Below, piece after piece: positions 18,054 through 27,317 of a DNA stretch of 46,235 bases. Source of the DNA: Marinobacter sp. (GTDB lineage: Bacteria > Pseudomonadota > Gammaproteobacteria > Pseudomonadales > Oleiphilaceae); the NCBI GenBank assembly GCA_052031745.1, contig JBPEXK010000356.1, forward strand, positions 1-46,235. The letters run 5' to 3'. A program made the position numbers and the translations under genes. The notes beneath the pieces were generated by a model, which saw only the letters and a program-made list of their open reading frames with translations, made no database searches and had not been told where the DNA came from. Each line of letters begins with the position of its first letter. Within the stretch, counting starts at the first letter, position 1.

Positions 18054-19001
18054 CTACACCGGTTTTTTGTTGTTCATGTAAAACCGGAAGATGTCCGAGA
18101 GTTCGCGCTTGGGTTTGAACCCAAACTCCTTCGCAAACGCCCTGCCGTCAATAATTACAGGATACTTGAAAAACGCCATCAGGTACGACGGAAAACTTCT
18201 CAGTTTGAGCGTTCGCAGGATCACGCTTGGCAGAATCGGCGGCACCGACGGCACCGGCAGGCTCTTGCACCGACACAGTTTGAGCGCGTGCTTGTACGCG
18301 ACCCAATCCTGGGGCGCGACATTGAACACGCCACGCACCGGTTTGTTGTAGGCCAGTACGATGGCATCGGCCATGTCGTCGATGTGAATGAACTGCATCA
18401 TCGGTGAGAACCCGGCCAACACCGGCGCCCGTTCGCTTGAGAGCAGCGTGCTCATAGTGTTGCGAACGCCCGGGCCAACAATGTTGCACGGCCGCAGGAT
18501 GGAAATGTTCAGCTCTGGGTAGCGCCAGAGGTATATGTTGGCCAGATTCTCCAGCTCCACCGAATCGATCAGGTCGGCGCTCAGGCCAGCGCTTTTCAGC
18601 GGCGCCGACTCGTCGATCAGCGCTGGGTTGTAAGCCACGGCGCCGTACACATGGTAGGTCGAAAGCACGACCACCCGCCGAATGCCGTATTTGTGGCTCA
18701 GGTCCAGCAGCTTCTGGGTTCCGAGCACATTCGCGTTGTAGCGGCGCATGCGGGTCAATTGGCTCGACATGATCCGCCCGAGGTGGATGACGCCATCAAA
18801 CTCGTAACGCCGGAACAGGTCCTCGAACACTCGTTTGTTGAAGTCAATGCAGTAGCTGGGAATATCATCCCCCAGATACACCTGTTCCCGGAAATCCACG
18901 GCGACCAGGTCACAGTGGTCGCGCAGTTGGTTGATCACGCGCTGCGCCAGGGCCCCGGCGGCGCCGGTGACAAGAATGTGGGGTCTGCGGTGTTTCGTCA
19001 T
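18054..19001 (-). CDS. NAD-dependent epimerase/dehydratase-family (atypical extended SDR) protein
   Basis: ILVTGAAGALA, NVLGT, VVVLSTYHVYG, LRPCNIVGP, QFIHIDD. Its ATG overlaps the TAA of the upstream acyltransferase (TAATG at 18999-19003). Confidence 0.85.
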   Translation of the reverse strand: MTKHRRPHILVTGAAGALAQRVINQLRDHCDLVAVDFREQVYLGDDIPSYCIDFNKRVFEDLFRRYEFDGVIHLGRIMSSQLTRMRRYNANVLGTQKLLDLSHKYGIRRVVVLSTYHVYGAVAYNPALIDESAPLKSAGLSADLIDSVELENLANIYLWRYPELNISILRPCNIVGPGVRNTMSTLLSSERAPVLAGFSPMMQFIHIDDMADAIVLAYNKPVRGVFNVAPQDWVAYKHALKLCRCKSLPVPSVPPILPSVILRTLKLRSFPSYLMAFFKYPVIIDGRAFAKEFGFKPKRELSDIFRFYMNNKKPV

Positions 19002-19816
19002 TAAAAGAGCCTTTTCCGTTCGCTCAAACCCAGGTCGATCAGTCGGCTGATCTCCGCTTTCACTTGTTCCACCCGTTCGGTGACCTGTTCTTCCGGAATT
19101 TCCTGATCGTCGAAGTACATCGGTTCGCCGAAATTGAGATGCACCTTGGCGGGTAGCACCACCGGCAGGGCGACCGGGGCATAGGGTATGCCGAGGGCCT
19201 TGGCCAAGGGTTTGATGTTGGCGATGGCGGGAATGGTTTCCTCACAGCCCACCACGCCGACTGGCACAATCGGCGCCTTGTATTTCATGGCCAGGTGCAT
19301 GAAGCCATTGCCGAAGCGCTGGAGCTCGTAACGGTCCTGGTAGAGCTTGCCCGAGCCCCGGATGCCCTCAGGGAAGACGATTACCGCTTCGTCGTTGGCC
19401 AGCATCTTGGCGCAATTAACGGGGTCGCCCAGTACTGCGCCCACCTCATTCAACAGGTTGCCGAGCCAGGGCACGGTGGGAAAGAATCGTTCGATCATGG
19501 CTCTGGGCATGCGCGGCTCTTTTTCCCGCGACGCCAAGGCATAGCCGATGAGCAAGCCGTCGATCGGCAATTGGCCACTGTGGTTGGCAATGATCAGGAC
19601 CGGTCCCTGTGAGGGGATATTCGCCACCCCCTGTGCCCGTACCCGGAAATATTTCTCATACAGGTGGCGGGTCAGGGCGAGGCCGTATTTGACGGCCTCG
19701 TTGTTATAGCCCCAGGGATCATAGCCCAGTGAGCCAATGGGTTTGCGAATGCGATTGACCTGCTGTTCCAGCTCTTCAGGCACCAGCCTGGATTTAATAA
19801 ACGACGCCAGGCTCAT
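19001..19816 (-). CDS. Lysophospholipid/glycerolipid acyltransferase (PlsC-like)
   Basis: IANHSGQLPID (HxxxxxD-type motif), VFPEG, APIVPVGVVG, N-terminal GYDPWG. Confidence 0.88.
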   Translation of the reverse strand: MSLASFIKSRLVPEELEQQVNRIRKPIGSLGYDPWGYNNEAVKYGLALTRHLYEKYFRVRAQGVANIPSQGPVLIIANHSGQLPIDGLLIGYALASREKEPRMPRAMIERFFPTVPWLGNLLNEVGAVLGDPVNCAKMLANDEAVIVFPEGIRGSGKLYQDRYELQRFGNGFMHLAMKYKAPIVPVGVVGCEETIPAIANIKPLAKALGIPYAPVALPVVLPAKVHLNFGEPMYFDDQEIPEEQVTERVEQVKAEISRLIDLGLSERKRLF

Positions 19817-19852
19817 GCTGACTCCCTGTTGTTGGCGAAGATTGAGGTGTGA

Positions 19853-20773
19853 TCAGCCGCGACCGATGAGAACCCCGAGGGTGTGGCTTTGGCCTTCATT
19901 TAACACCCGATAGTCACCGCTGGCATTGGCGGTTTCGACGCAGAGCATGTTCTTCCAGGCCTGATCGGGAAAGTCGGAGAGGCGCGCCGCCTTATCCGGG
20001 CCAGGATTCCAGACCACGGTGGAATCGCTGCCCACGGAAGAGAGCTTGCGTTTACCCGCCGGCGTGACGATGGTCATCGGCGCGCCACTCTCGTATATGC
20101 GGTCTGTCTCTCCCTCAAAATAGACCGGGCCTTCCTGCCAGCAGTATTCCCAGTCCCTAAGGGTGTCCAGGTAGTGGCTATTACCCAGGCCCAGGACCCG
20201 GCTACGAGCGATGTCGGGGGTGGGGAAATAACTGTGCAGGGCCTGGCTGAAGGCGAGGGGTTCGCTGCCCATGTTGGTGGTGGTCAGGGCCACCTGAAAA
20301 CCACGAATGGAAAAGCTGAAGGTCACCAGGGCCAGGGCGTGCCCGCGCCAGATCTTCCTGAAATCGTCATTGGCGTCCAGGGACAGGCTGATCTCCACCT
20401 CGTGAGCACTCTCACGAACGTCTTCGAGCTTCCACAGGGCGGAACGGGCAAAGCCGTGGGCCTGGTCGACGTGAATGCGTTTCTTGATTTCCGGGGCGTT
20501 CCGGGCCGGGTCGCCGAACCAGGGCCAGCAGATGGGCACGCCACCGCGGATGGCTCGGCCAGGCTCCAGGCGCGCGGTTTCGCTGCACCACAACCAGTCG
20601 GATTCGTCCCTTGGCGCAAAGTGGGTCAGGTGTGCGCCCTGTAAAAAAACGGTGGCTCGGAATAGCGGGTGGTGCACATCCAGCGCTTCCAATTGGCCAA
20701 TCGTGCGCCAGCGCGTAAAGGACCATTGGCCCGGAGATAAGGAAAGCGGCGGTCGGTTACTGCTCTCAGACAT
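19853..20773 (-). CDS. D-hexose-6-phosphate mutarotase (aldose 1-epimerase family, YeaD-like)
   Basis: QGAHL, AIRGGVPICWPWFG, HGFAR, ALHSYF, ETDRIY, TVVWNP, MLCVETAN. Start ATG 20773 (or TTG 20788). Confidence 0.92.
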   Translation of the reverse strand: MSESSNRPPLSLSPGQWSFTRWRTIGQLEALDVHHPLFRATVFLQGAHLTHFAPRDESDWLWCSETARLEPGRAIRGGVPICWPWFGDPARNAPEIKKRIHVDQAHGFARSALWKLEDVRESAHEVEISLSLDANDDFRKIWRGHALALVTFSFSIRGFQVALTTTNMGSEPLAFSQALHSYFPTPDIARSRVLGLGNSHYLDTLRDWEYCWQEGPVYFEGETDRIYESGAPMTIVTPAGKRKLSSVGSDSTVVWNPGPDKAARLSDFPDQAWKNMLCVETANASGDYRVLNEGQSHTLGVLIGRG

Positions 20774-20889
20774 GGCGTGTTTCAGCAACTCCTGGGTTAT
20801 CGGTATTTGCCTACACAGAGAGTAAATTAAAACTCCCGCGCCAGCGAGAATTCCGCATAGAATACCGCCAAATGTTCGTGGAGTACGTG

Positions 20890-21633
20890 ATGGAACACTC
20901 GGTTGTTATTGGCCTCAAAGATAGTCAGCTGGAGACCCTGTCGCCGGTGGTCACGGCCGCCGCCAATGGCGCTGAAGTGGCCGGTGTGGCCGCTTGCCCG
21001 CCCGAGTTGGATGATCGCTGGCTCGACACCCTGGCCGATGGCCTCAGTGAACACGGCTGGATGGCGCTGGATGTAACTGATCGACTCGGGTCAGCTCTGA
21101 TCGCAGCGCTGGCCTCCGAAGTGGCGGTGTTGGACCGTTCCGATGCCATGAAAAAAGCGGGTGTCGGTCGTGGCAACGACCTGACCCGAGATCGCTCGGT
21201 TCGTCGGGACCGCATTGCCTGGTTGCAGGGCGTCACCGCGCCCCAGGCGGCATTGTTCGAATTCTTTGAGGCCCTGCTTGGTGGTCTTAACCGACGTCTG
21301 TTTCTTGGTCTGAAACGGTTCGAAGCCCACTACGCCACCTATCAACCGGGTGACTTCTATAAAAAGCATCTGGACAGTTTTCAGGGCCGGGCGTCCCGGG
21401 TGGTCAGCCTGGTGCTCTATCTGAACGAAGATTGGCAACCGGACGCCGGCGGCGCGCTCCAGGTGTTTAATCGCGAAAATGACAATGAAGCCTGCGCCCA
21501 GGTGTTGCCGGAGGCCGGCCGCATGGCGGTATTCCTGAGTGAGGAGATACCCCACGAGGTGCTGCCGGCCAATCGCACCCGGCACAGCATCGCCTGCTGG
21601 TTCCGGCAGGACGAGGTGCCCCTGCCATTGTAG
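20890..21633 (+). CDS. 2OG-Fe(II) oxygenase, PHD/EGL-9 (SM-20) prolyl-hydroxylase-like
   Basis: RSVRRDRIAWL, FEAHYATY..G.FYKKHLDSF, LYLNEDW..GG.L, HEVLPA..TRHSIACW. ATG 20890 follows GGAG (alternative start 20872). Confidence 0.88.
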   Translation: MEHSVVIGLKDSQLETLSPVVTAAANGAEVAGVAACPPELDDRWLDTLADGLSEHGWMALDVTDRLGSALIAALASEVAVLDRSDAMKKAGVGRGNDLTRDRSVRRDRIAWLQGVTAPQAALFEFFEALLGGLNRRLFLGLKRFEAHYATYQPGDFYKKHLDSFQGRASRVVSLVLYLNEDWQPDAGGALQVFNRENDNEACAQVLPEAGRMAVFLSEEIPHEVLPANRTRHSIACWFRQDEVPLPL

Positions 21634-21660
21634 GATTGGCCGCGACGGTTGGAATTGCCG

Positions 21661-21696
21661 TTGTAGTCGGCAAACCCTTTTGCTAATATGCGCGCC
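21661..21696 (+). promoter_or_regulatory. Sigma70 promoter with GC-rich discriminator upstream of SRP RNA
   Basis: TTGTAG (21661-21666), 17 bp spacer, TAATAT (21684-21689), then GCGCGCC, as expected for a stable-RNA promoter. Confidence 0.6.
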
Positions 21697-21728
21697 GCTT
21701 TGGAGGGATTCCCTCGAAACGCCGTTAT

Positions 21729-21838
21729 GGTGGCCCCATTGGTGCCCCCGCAACATGAAACCGTGAACCCGGTCAGGCCCGGAAGGGAGCAGCCGCAGCG
21801 GTGGAATTGTGTGCCGGGGTGTCGCTGATGGGGTCACC
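21729..21838 (+). ncRNA. ffs: Signal recognition particle RNA (4.5S)
   Basis: Conserved core GGTCAGGCCCGGAAGGGAGCAGCC with GGAA tetraloop. Terminal stem GGTGGCCCCAT / ATGGGGTCACC. Lies upstream of dnaX. Ends are approximate. Confidence 0.95.
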
Positions 21839-22016
21839 CCCAGATTTCCTTCCTCGTTTTTCTTTGCTTCTACACTTACCACCTTCATGTCCTGCGTGTG
21901 CACCAGCGATGCGCGAGGGAGCAGGCTCCCAGGGCCGGCCCGCGGTTGATCTTTGCTTCTTCTAAAGTCGGGTCCATGCTAAGGTTAAGCCCGTTTTTGA
22001 CAGCAGTTGGCGGAAC

Positions 22017-24068
22017 ATGAGCTACCAGGTACTTGCCCGAAAATGGCGCCCACGCACCTTCGAGGACATGGTGGGCCAGGAACACGTGCTGCAGGCGTTG
22101 ATCCATGCGCTGGAAAGCCAGCGTCTGCATCATGCCTATCTGTTCACCGGAACCCGGGGTGTGGGCAAAACCACCATCGGCCGGTTGCTGGCGCGCTGCC
22201 TCAATTGCGAGACCGGTATCACGCCGCGGCCGTGCGGTGAGTGCACCAGCTGTACCGAGATCCAGGAAGGGCGGTTTGTCGACCTGATCGAGATCGATGC
22301 CGCCTCCCGCACCGGCGTTGATGACATGCGTGAACTGACGGACAACGTTCAGTACGCGCCGACCCGCGGCCGCTATAAGGTGTACCTCATTGACGAGGTG
22401 CACATGCTTACCAACCAGTCGTTCAACGCGTTTCTGAAGACCCTGGAAGAGCCGCCTGAACACGTCAAATTCCTGCTGGCGACCACCGATCCGCAAAAGC
22501 TGCCGGTGACGGTGTTGTCTCGCTGCCTGCAGTTCAACCTGAAGCGGATGACCCCGGAGCACATCGCCGGGCATCTCAAGCATGTGCTGGGGCAGGAAGG
22601 CATTCCCTTTGAAGACCCGGCGCTGTGGTTGCTGGCACGAGCCGCCGACGGCAGTATGCGGGACGCCCTCAGCCTGACCGACCAGGCGATTGCCTTTGGT
22701 AATCAGAAACTCGCCGCCAGTGACGTCAGCAACATGCTGGGCACCATTGATCAGCGCGACATTGAGCGCCTGGTTAGCGCCTTGGTGCAACGGGACGGTC
22801 CCGGCCTGCTGTCCGAAATCAACCGTATTTCCGACTTTGCCCCCGATTACGGCAACATCCTGGCCGACCTGCTGTCCCTGTTCCATCGGGTTACCATGGA
22901 GCAGGTGGTGCCCGGCAGTGCCGATAACGCCATGGGCGACGCCGCTGAAGTGCAGGCCCTGGCCCGTCAACTGAGTGCCGAGGATGCCCAACTGTTCTAC
23001 CAGGCTGCGCTAATCGGCCGCAAAGATCTGGCCATCACCCCGGATGCCCGCATGGGCTTCGAGATGACGCTCCTTCGAATGCTGGCTTTTCGCCCCGGTA
23101 CCGACCGGCGTGAGCCGCCGGCCGTCGGTTCAACGGCTCCCAAAGCGGCGAAGCCCGCCAGCGACGAACCTGACCCTGCACCCGCGACGGCCGAATCCGA
23201 GTCGGCTAAAAAGTCGAGCCATGAGCCGGTGAAAGAGCCCGAGCCAGAGCCAGGACAGCCGGCGCAGGCAGCACCCTCAGCATCGGCCCCGCAGACGGAA
23301 GCTCCGACCCCGGAATCTCTGACACCGGAACCACCGGCGCAGGACGAGGCCTGGCTGGCCAGCCTCGACGCCCAGGCCGCGGGTGCCGAATCACCGGAGG
23401 ACTACTCCGAAGCACCCGTGCCTGATCTGCCCGAGGAAGCCTCCACCTCAGTGCCTCCCTGGGAGGACGAGCCGTCTCCGACTTCGCCTAATGTGGCCGT
23501 GCCGGCTGGCTCGCCCAGTAACGAACCGGTACCGGAGTCAGGGCAGCAACCGGAACAGGAGGCTGGTCCCGAGCCGGTGGCTGAAACGGTTTCTGAATCG
23601 CGTGAGGCAACGTCCGCCGAACCAGCCGTTGCAACCGAGGCGAATGTACTTTCCGATGACGCCGTTCCGGAGCAGGCCGGGGAGTTTGTCTGGGAGCGGG
23701 ATTTTCGATCCCTGGGCATCGTCGGCATGCCCGGAAATCTGGCCAGCCACGGTGCGCTGGCTTGGCAGGGCGACACCATTGTCCTCACCATCGACGAAGG
23801 CCACGCCCGCCTGCTGAATGCGCGTCATGAAGAAAAAATCCTGGCGGGCTTGAGAATGCGATTTGGCGATACCACTGAATTGCAGGTGGTGGCCGGAAAT
23901 CCCGGTCCACATACGCCAGCGGCCTATGAAGAGCGCCAGCGACGGGCCCGCCAGCAGGCCGCTGAGGAGGCGATCCGGAACGATCCGGCGGTACAGTCCA
24001 TCGTTGAACGATTTGAGGCCCGGGTAGTCGAAGACAGTATCCGGCCGATTGAGTCAAGCAAGAGGTAG
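22017..24068 (+). CDS. dnaX: DNA polymerase III subunit gamma/tau
   Basis: [21 protein letters not shown], Zn-binding cysteines, [19 protein letters not shown]. Followed by a long Pro/Glu/Ala linker and a tau C-terminal domain. Confidence 0.98.
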   Translation: MSYQVLARKWRPRTFEDMVGQEHVLQALIHALESQRLHHAYLFTGTRGVGKTTIGRLLARCLNCETGITPRPCGECTSCTEIQEGRFVDLIEIDAASRTGVDDMRELTDNVQYAPTRGRYKVYLIDEVHMLTNQSFNAFLKTLEEPPEHVKFLLATTDPQKLPVTVLSRCLQFNLKRMTPEHIAGHLKHVLGQEGIPFEDPALWLLARAADGSMRDALSLTDQAIAFGNQKLAASDVSNMLGTIDQRDIERLVSALVQRDGPGLLSEINRISDFAPDYGNILADLLSLFHRVTMEQVVPGSADNAMGDAAEVQALARQLSAEDAQLFYQAALIGRKDLAITPDARMGFEMTLLRMLAFRPGTDRREPPAVGSTAPKAAKPASDEPDPAPATAESESAKKSSHEPVKEPEPEPGQPAQAAPSASAPQTEAPTPESLTPEPPAQDEAWLASLDAQAAGAESPEDYSEAPVPDLPEEASTSVPPWEDEPSPTSPNVAVPAGSPSNEPVPESGQQPEQEAGPEPVAETVSESREATSAEPAVATEANVLSDDAVPEQAGEFVWERDFRSLGIVGMPGNLASHGALAWQGDTIVLTIDEGHARLLNARHEEKILAGLRMRFGDTTELQVVAGNPGPHTPAAYEERQRRARQQAAEEAIRNDPAVQSIVERFEARVVEDSIRPIESSKR

Positions 24069-24072
24069 CGAC

Positions 24073-24396
24073 ATGATGAACAACATGGGCGATATGATGA
24101 AAAAAGCCCAAAAAATGCAGGAAGAAATGCAGAAAGCCCAGGAAGAAATCGCCAAGGCGGAAGTAACCGGCGAATCCGGGGCAGGGCTGGTAAAAGTGAC
24201 CATGAACGGTCGGCACGATGTCCGTCAGGTTGAAATCGATCCCTCGCTGATGTCCGAGGATAAGGAAATACTGGAAGACCTGCTGGCCGCTGCCGTGAAT
24301 GACGCCGTCCGCCGGGTTGAGGCGAATCAGAAAGACAAGATGTCTGGCCTGATGTCCGGCATGGGTATGCCTCCGGGCTTCAAGATGCCGTTTTAA
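24073..24396 (+). CDS. ybaB: YbaB/EbfC nucleoid-associated protein
   Basis: MMKKAQKMQ...[16 protein letters not shown]...[12 protein letters not shown]...PPGFKMPF. Lies between dnaX and recR; ATG 24073 follows GAGG. Confidence 0.96.
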   Translation: MMNNMGDMMKKAQKMQEEMQKAQEEIAKAEVTGESGAGLVKVTMNGRHDVRQVEIDPSLMSEDKEILEDLLAAAVNDAVRRVEANQKDKMSGLMSGMGMPPGFKMPF

Positions 24397-24436
24397 GCGG
24401 CGATTTCACGAATTAGGTCAAGGTTGAGGATGTTGC

Positions 24437-25039
24437 ATGGCTTTTAGCCCCCTGGTTGACGAACTGGTTGAATCCCTGCGGTGTCTCCCGGGTGTTGGCC
24501 AGAAAACGGCCCAACGCATGGCTTTTCATCTGTTGGAGCGGGCGCGGGCTGGTGGTTCGCGCCTGTCCGAGGCGTTGAACAATGCGATGGACGGGGTTCG
24601 TCGGTGTTCGAGCTGCCAGAATTTCGCCGACACCGAGGTCTGCGGCATCTGCGACAATCCAGCCCGGCGTACCGGGACCCTGTGTGTGGTGGAAAGCCCC
24701 TCGGACTTGCTGGCCATCGAACAGGCCGGCGACTATCGGGGCGGTTATTTCGTGTTGATGGGGCACCTGTCGCCCATTGATGGCGTCGGTCCCGAAGAGA
24801 TTGGCATTGAACGCCTGCTGGAGCGGGTTGGCCAGGAAGGAGTTACCGAGCTCATCCTGGCAACCAACCCGACCGTGGAAGGGGAGGCGACCGCTCACTA
24901 CATCGCCGACCGGTTGGACGGTCGAGATATCCTGATTACCCGCCTGGCCCATGGCATTCCCGTGGGTGGTGAGTTGGGTTACGTCGACGGTTTCACCCTG
25001 ACTCACGCCTTTCGCGGCCGCAAGCCACTCGCCGAATAA
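24437..25039 (+). CDS. recR: Recombination mediator RecR
   Basis: [11 protein letters not shown] HhH motif, C4 zinc finger, Toprim LCVVE and [24 protein letters not shown]. Confidence 0.98.
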   Translation: MAFSPLVDELVESLRCLPGVGQKTAQRMAFHLLERARAGGSRLSEALNNAMDGVRRCSSCQNFADTEVCGICDNPARRTGTLCVVESPSDLLAIEQAGDYRGGYFVLMGHLSPIDGVGPEEIGIERLLERVGQEGVTELILATNPTVEGEATAHYIADRLDGRDILITRLAHGIPVGGELGYVDGFTLTHAFRGRKPLAE

Positions 25040-25060
25040 AAACGTTCACCAGGTCTCTCT

Positions 25061-26209
25061 ATGGCTTCCAATCCCCCGGTGGCGGACGTTCCGCCTTCCC
25101 CAGACAGGATTCACTGGCTCACCGACGCAGCCGCTCTCGATCAGTGGCTGGCTAACGTTGGTACTGGTCCTTTGGCCCTTGATACCGAGTTCGAACGGGT
25201 CAACACGTTTTACCCGATTCCCGGGCTGGTCCAGCTTGGCGTTGATGGCCAGTTTTGCCTGGTCGACCCTGGCGTCGCAGAGGCGTCCCAACGGTTTCGG
25301 GAACTGCTGGCCAATCCGGATGTTCCCAAGCTGCTCTACGCAATGAGTGAAGACTTGGAGCTGTTCCGCCACTGGCTGGGTCTTCAGCCCAAGGGCGTGA
25401 TCGACCTCCAGATTGGCGCCGCCCTGGCCGGAGAGGGTTTTTCCATGGGGTATGCCCGGCTGGTGGAATCCTTATTCGGGGAGACCCTCGACAAGTCGGC
25501 AACCCGGTCGGATTGGCTGGCTCGTCCACTTTCCGACGCCCAGCAGCGTTACGCCATTGATGACATCCGGTTTCTCGAGCCCATGCACCAGTGGTTACAG
25601 GACCGGTTGGAACAGCGCGGGCTGGCGCACGCTCTGGTGGAGGAGTCCGCTCGCTTTGCCGAGGAGCTGGCGTCGCAGGACGACCCCAGGAACCACTATT
25701 TGAAGCTGCGGGGCGGTTGGGCGCTGAGCACCCAACAACAGGCAATCCTCCAGGTGTTGGCGGAATGGCGCGAGCTGGAATGCCAGCGCCAAGACCGGCC
25801 CCGCAACCGGGTGTTCGCTGACGCCTTGCTCATCGCCGTGGCCGAGCGGTCGCCAGATTCGCTGCCCGCCCTTGCCAACATCCAAGGGGTGCCATCAGGT
25901 GCCGTTCGTCGCCACGGTGCCACTCTGCTGCAGTTGGTCGAGAAGGGGCGCGGGGCCGATGCCGCTGGGCTGACCCGGATAGCGCCGCCGCTGACGAGGG
26001 ACCAGCAAGGGTTTCTGAAGACATTAAAGCGACTTTTCAAAAAGGCAGCGGAAGCTGCTGATATACCAATAGAATTACTTGCCCCACGCAAGCGCCTTGA
26101 GAAGGTGGTTCAGGACCGAAGCCTGTCCGGCCAGGCCTTTTTCCAGGGCTGGCGCGAACAGATTCTGGCACCGGTGCGGGCAGACATCGAGGAATTGTTG
26201 AGATCATGA
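25061..26209 (+). CDS. rnd: Ribonuclease D
   Basis: DEDDy exonuclease LALDTEFER..TFYP..GLVQ, SDW..RPLS..Q..YA.DD, and HRDC domain WRE..C...D.PRNRV. Followed by ycgL. Confidence 0.93.
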   Translation: MASNPPVADVPPSPDRIHWLTDAAALDQWLANVGTGPLALDTEFERVNTFYPIPGLVQLGVDGQFCLVDPGVAEASQRFRELLANPDVPKLLYAMSEDLELFRHWLGLQPKGVIDLQIGAALAGEGFSMGYARLVESLFGETLDKSATRSDWLARPLSDAQQRYAIDDIRFLEPMHQWLQDRLEQRGLAHALVEESARFAEELASQDDPRNHYLKLRGGWALSTQQQAILQVLAEWRELECQRQDRPRNRVFADALLIAVAERSPDSLPALANIQGVPSGAVRRHGATLLQLVEKGRGADAAGLTRIAPPLTRDQQGFLKTLKRLFKKAAEAADIPIELLAPRKRLEKVVQDRSLSGQAFFQGWREQILAPVRADIEELLRS

Positions 26210-26499
26210 AAAACCGAGAGTTTGTGTCTGTTTTTCGCAGCAGCAAGAAGAACGATACCTACCTGTTTGTACGCCGGGGGCAGGAGTGGGACGAGTTACC
26301 CGAAAGCCTGCGGAGCATTTTCGGCCAGCCAGTGCACGCCATGGATCTGATTCTCACCCCGGATCGGAAACTGGCAAGAACCACGGGCCAACAGGTGCTC
26401 GAAGCGCTGGCAGACAAGGACTTCTTCCTGCAGATGCCGGAAGAGCAGGACAGCTACGTGGTCGACTTCAAGAAGAAGATTGAGCGTCGGGATTCATGA
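26206..26499 (+). CDS. ycgL: YcgL domain protein
   Basis: SVFRSSKK.DTYLFV...LPE.L...FG.P...M.L...RKLA...FFLQMP. ATGA overlap with rnd. Confidence 0.92.
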   Translation: MKNREFVSVFRSSKKNDTYLFVRRGQEWDELPESLRSIFGQPVHAMDLILTPDRKLARTTGQQVLEALADKDFFLQMPEEQDSYVVDFKKKIERRDS

Positions 26500-26942
26500 T
26501 CGCCGAGATTCCCTTCTGGCAGCGCAAGCGTCTGCACGAAATGTCGCCGACAGAGTGGGAATCCCTGTGTGACGGCTGCGGTAAGTGCTGCCTGAACAAG
26601 TTGCAGGATGAGGACACAGACGAGGTGTACCACACCGACCTGGTCTGCCGGTACATGGATCAGGACACCTGTCGCTGCACCGTTTACCCGGAGCGCCTGC
26701 AGAAGGTGCCGGAGTGCACGGTACTGACAGCGGACAGCGTAAACGACTACCATTGGCTGCCCTATACCTGCGCTTACCGCACCCTGGCCGAGGGCCGACC
26801 GCTGGCGGACTGGCACCCGCTGCGCAGTGGCGACCCAAACACGGTCCATGAGGCCGGTGTTTCCATCCGGGGCAAAGTGGTCTCCGAGGCAGAGGTGCCG
26901 GAAGACCAATGGGAAGAGCACATCATTCACTGGATATTGTAA
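26496..26942 (+). CDS. ycgN: YcgN-family cysteine-cluster protein (UPF0260)
   Basis: PFWQRK.L..MS..EWESLCDGCGKCCL.KL, C.VY..R...VP.C, WLP.TCAYR. Confidence 0.93.
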   Translation: MIAEIPFWQRKRLHEMSPTEWESLCDGCGKCCLNKLQDEDTDEVYHTDLVCRYMDQDTCRCTVYPERLQKVPECTVLTADSVNDYHWLPYTCAYRTLAEGRPLADWHPLRSGDPNTVHEAGVSIRGKVVSEAEVPEDQWEEHIIHWIL

Positions 26943-27286
26943 TGATCGACACTGACGCACAACTGGCTTACGGAATTTTCTGGACGGCCTACGCCCTGGC
27001 TTTCGTGGTGTTTTTCTACATGATGAAGCAGCTGTTTCGCTTCATTCCGCTGTACGGCGCCCGAACCCTGCTCATGGCTAGTCTCGTTGCCTTGCTGCTG
27101 ACTCCGGTGGAGTCGCCGGAGGTGGCCGAGTGGTGGATTCCGGCCTGGCTCTATGGCGGCTACGAACTTATTCTCGGACAAACCGAGGCGGCCGGCAGGG
27201 CGCTGTTCAACCTTGGCATTGCCGGTCTGGTAATGCTACTGATATGGATTTTGGACCTGGTCCGCTACCGTCTGGTAAGACGCTAG
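26942..27286 (+). CDS. Small membrane protein of unknown function (about 3 TM helices)
   Basis: ATG overlaps the ycgN stop (TAATG). Hydrophobic segments and LLLTP...IPAW. Confidence 0.75.
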   Translation: MIDTDAQLAYGIFWTAYALAFVVFFYMMKQLFRFIPLYGARTLLMASLVALLLTPVESPEVAEWWIPAWLYGGYELILGQTEAAGRALFNLGIAGLVMLLIWILDLVRYRLVRR

Positions 27287-27317
27287 TTCCGGCTCCCTCA
27301 ATTAAACGGATAATTTT

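Noticed and set aside
23100-23680. GAGCC(G/A)-type short repeats in the dnaX linker, and likewise in the vWA and TonB-like genes
   Set aside because: They encode Glu-Pro low-complexity linkers. No regular repeat-spacer structure, so not a CRISPR array or VNTR.
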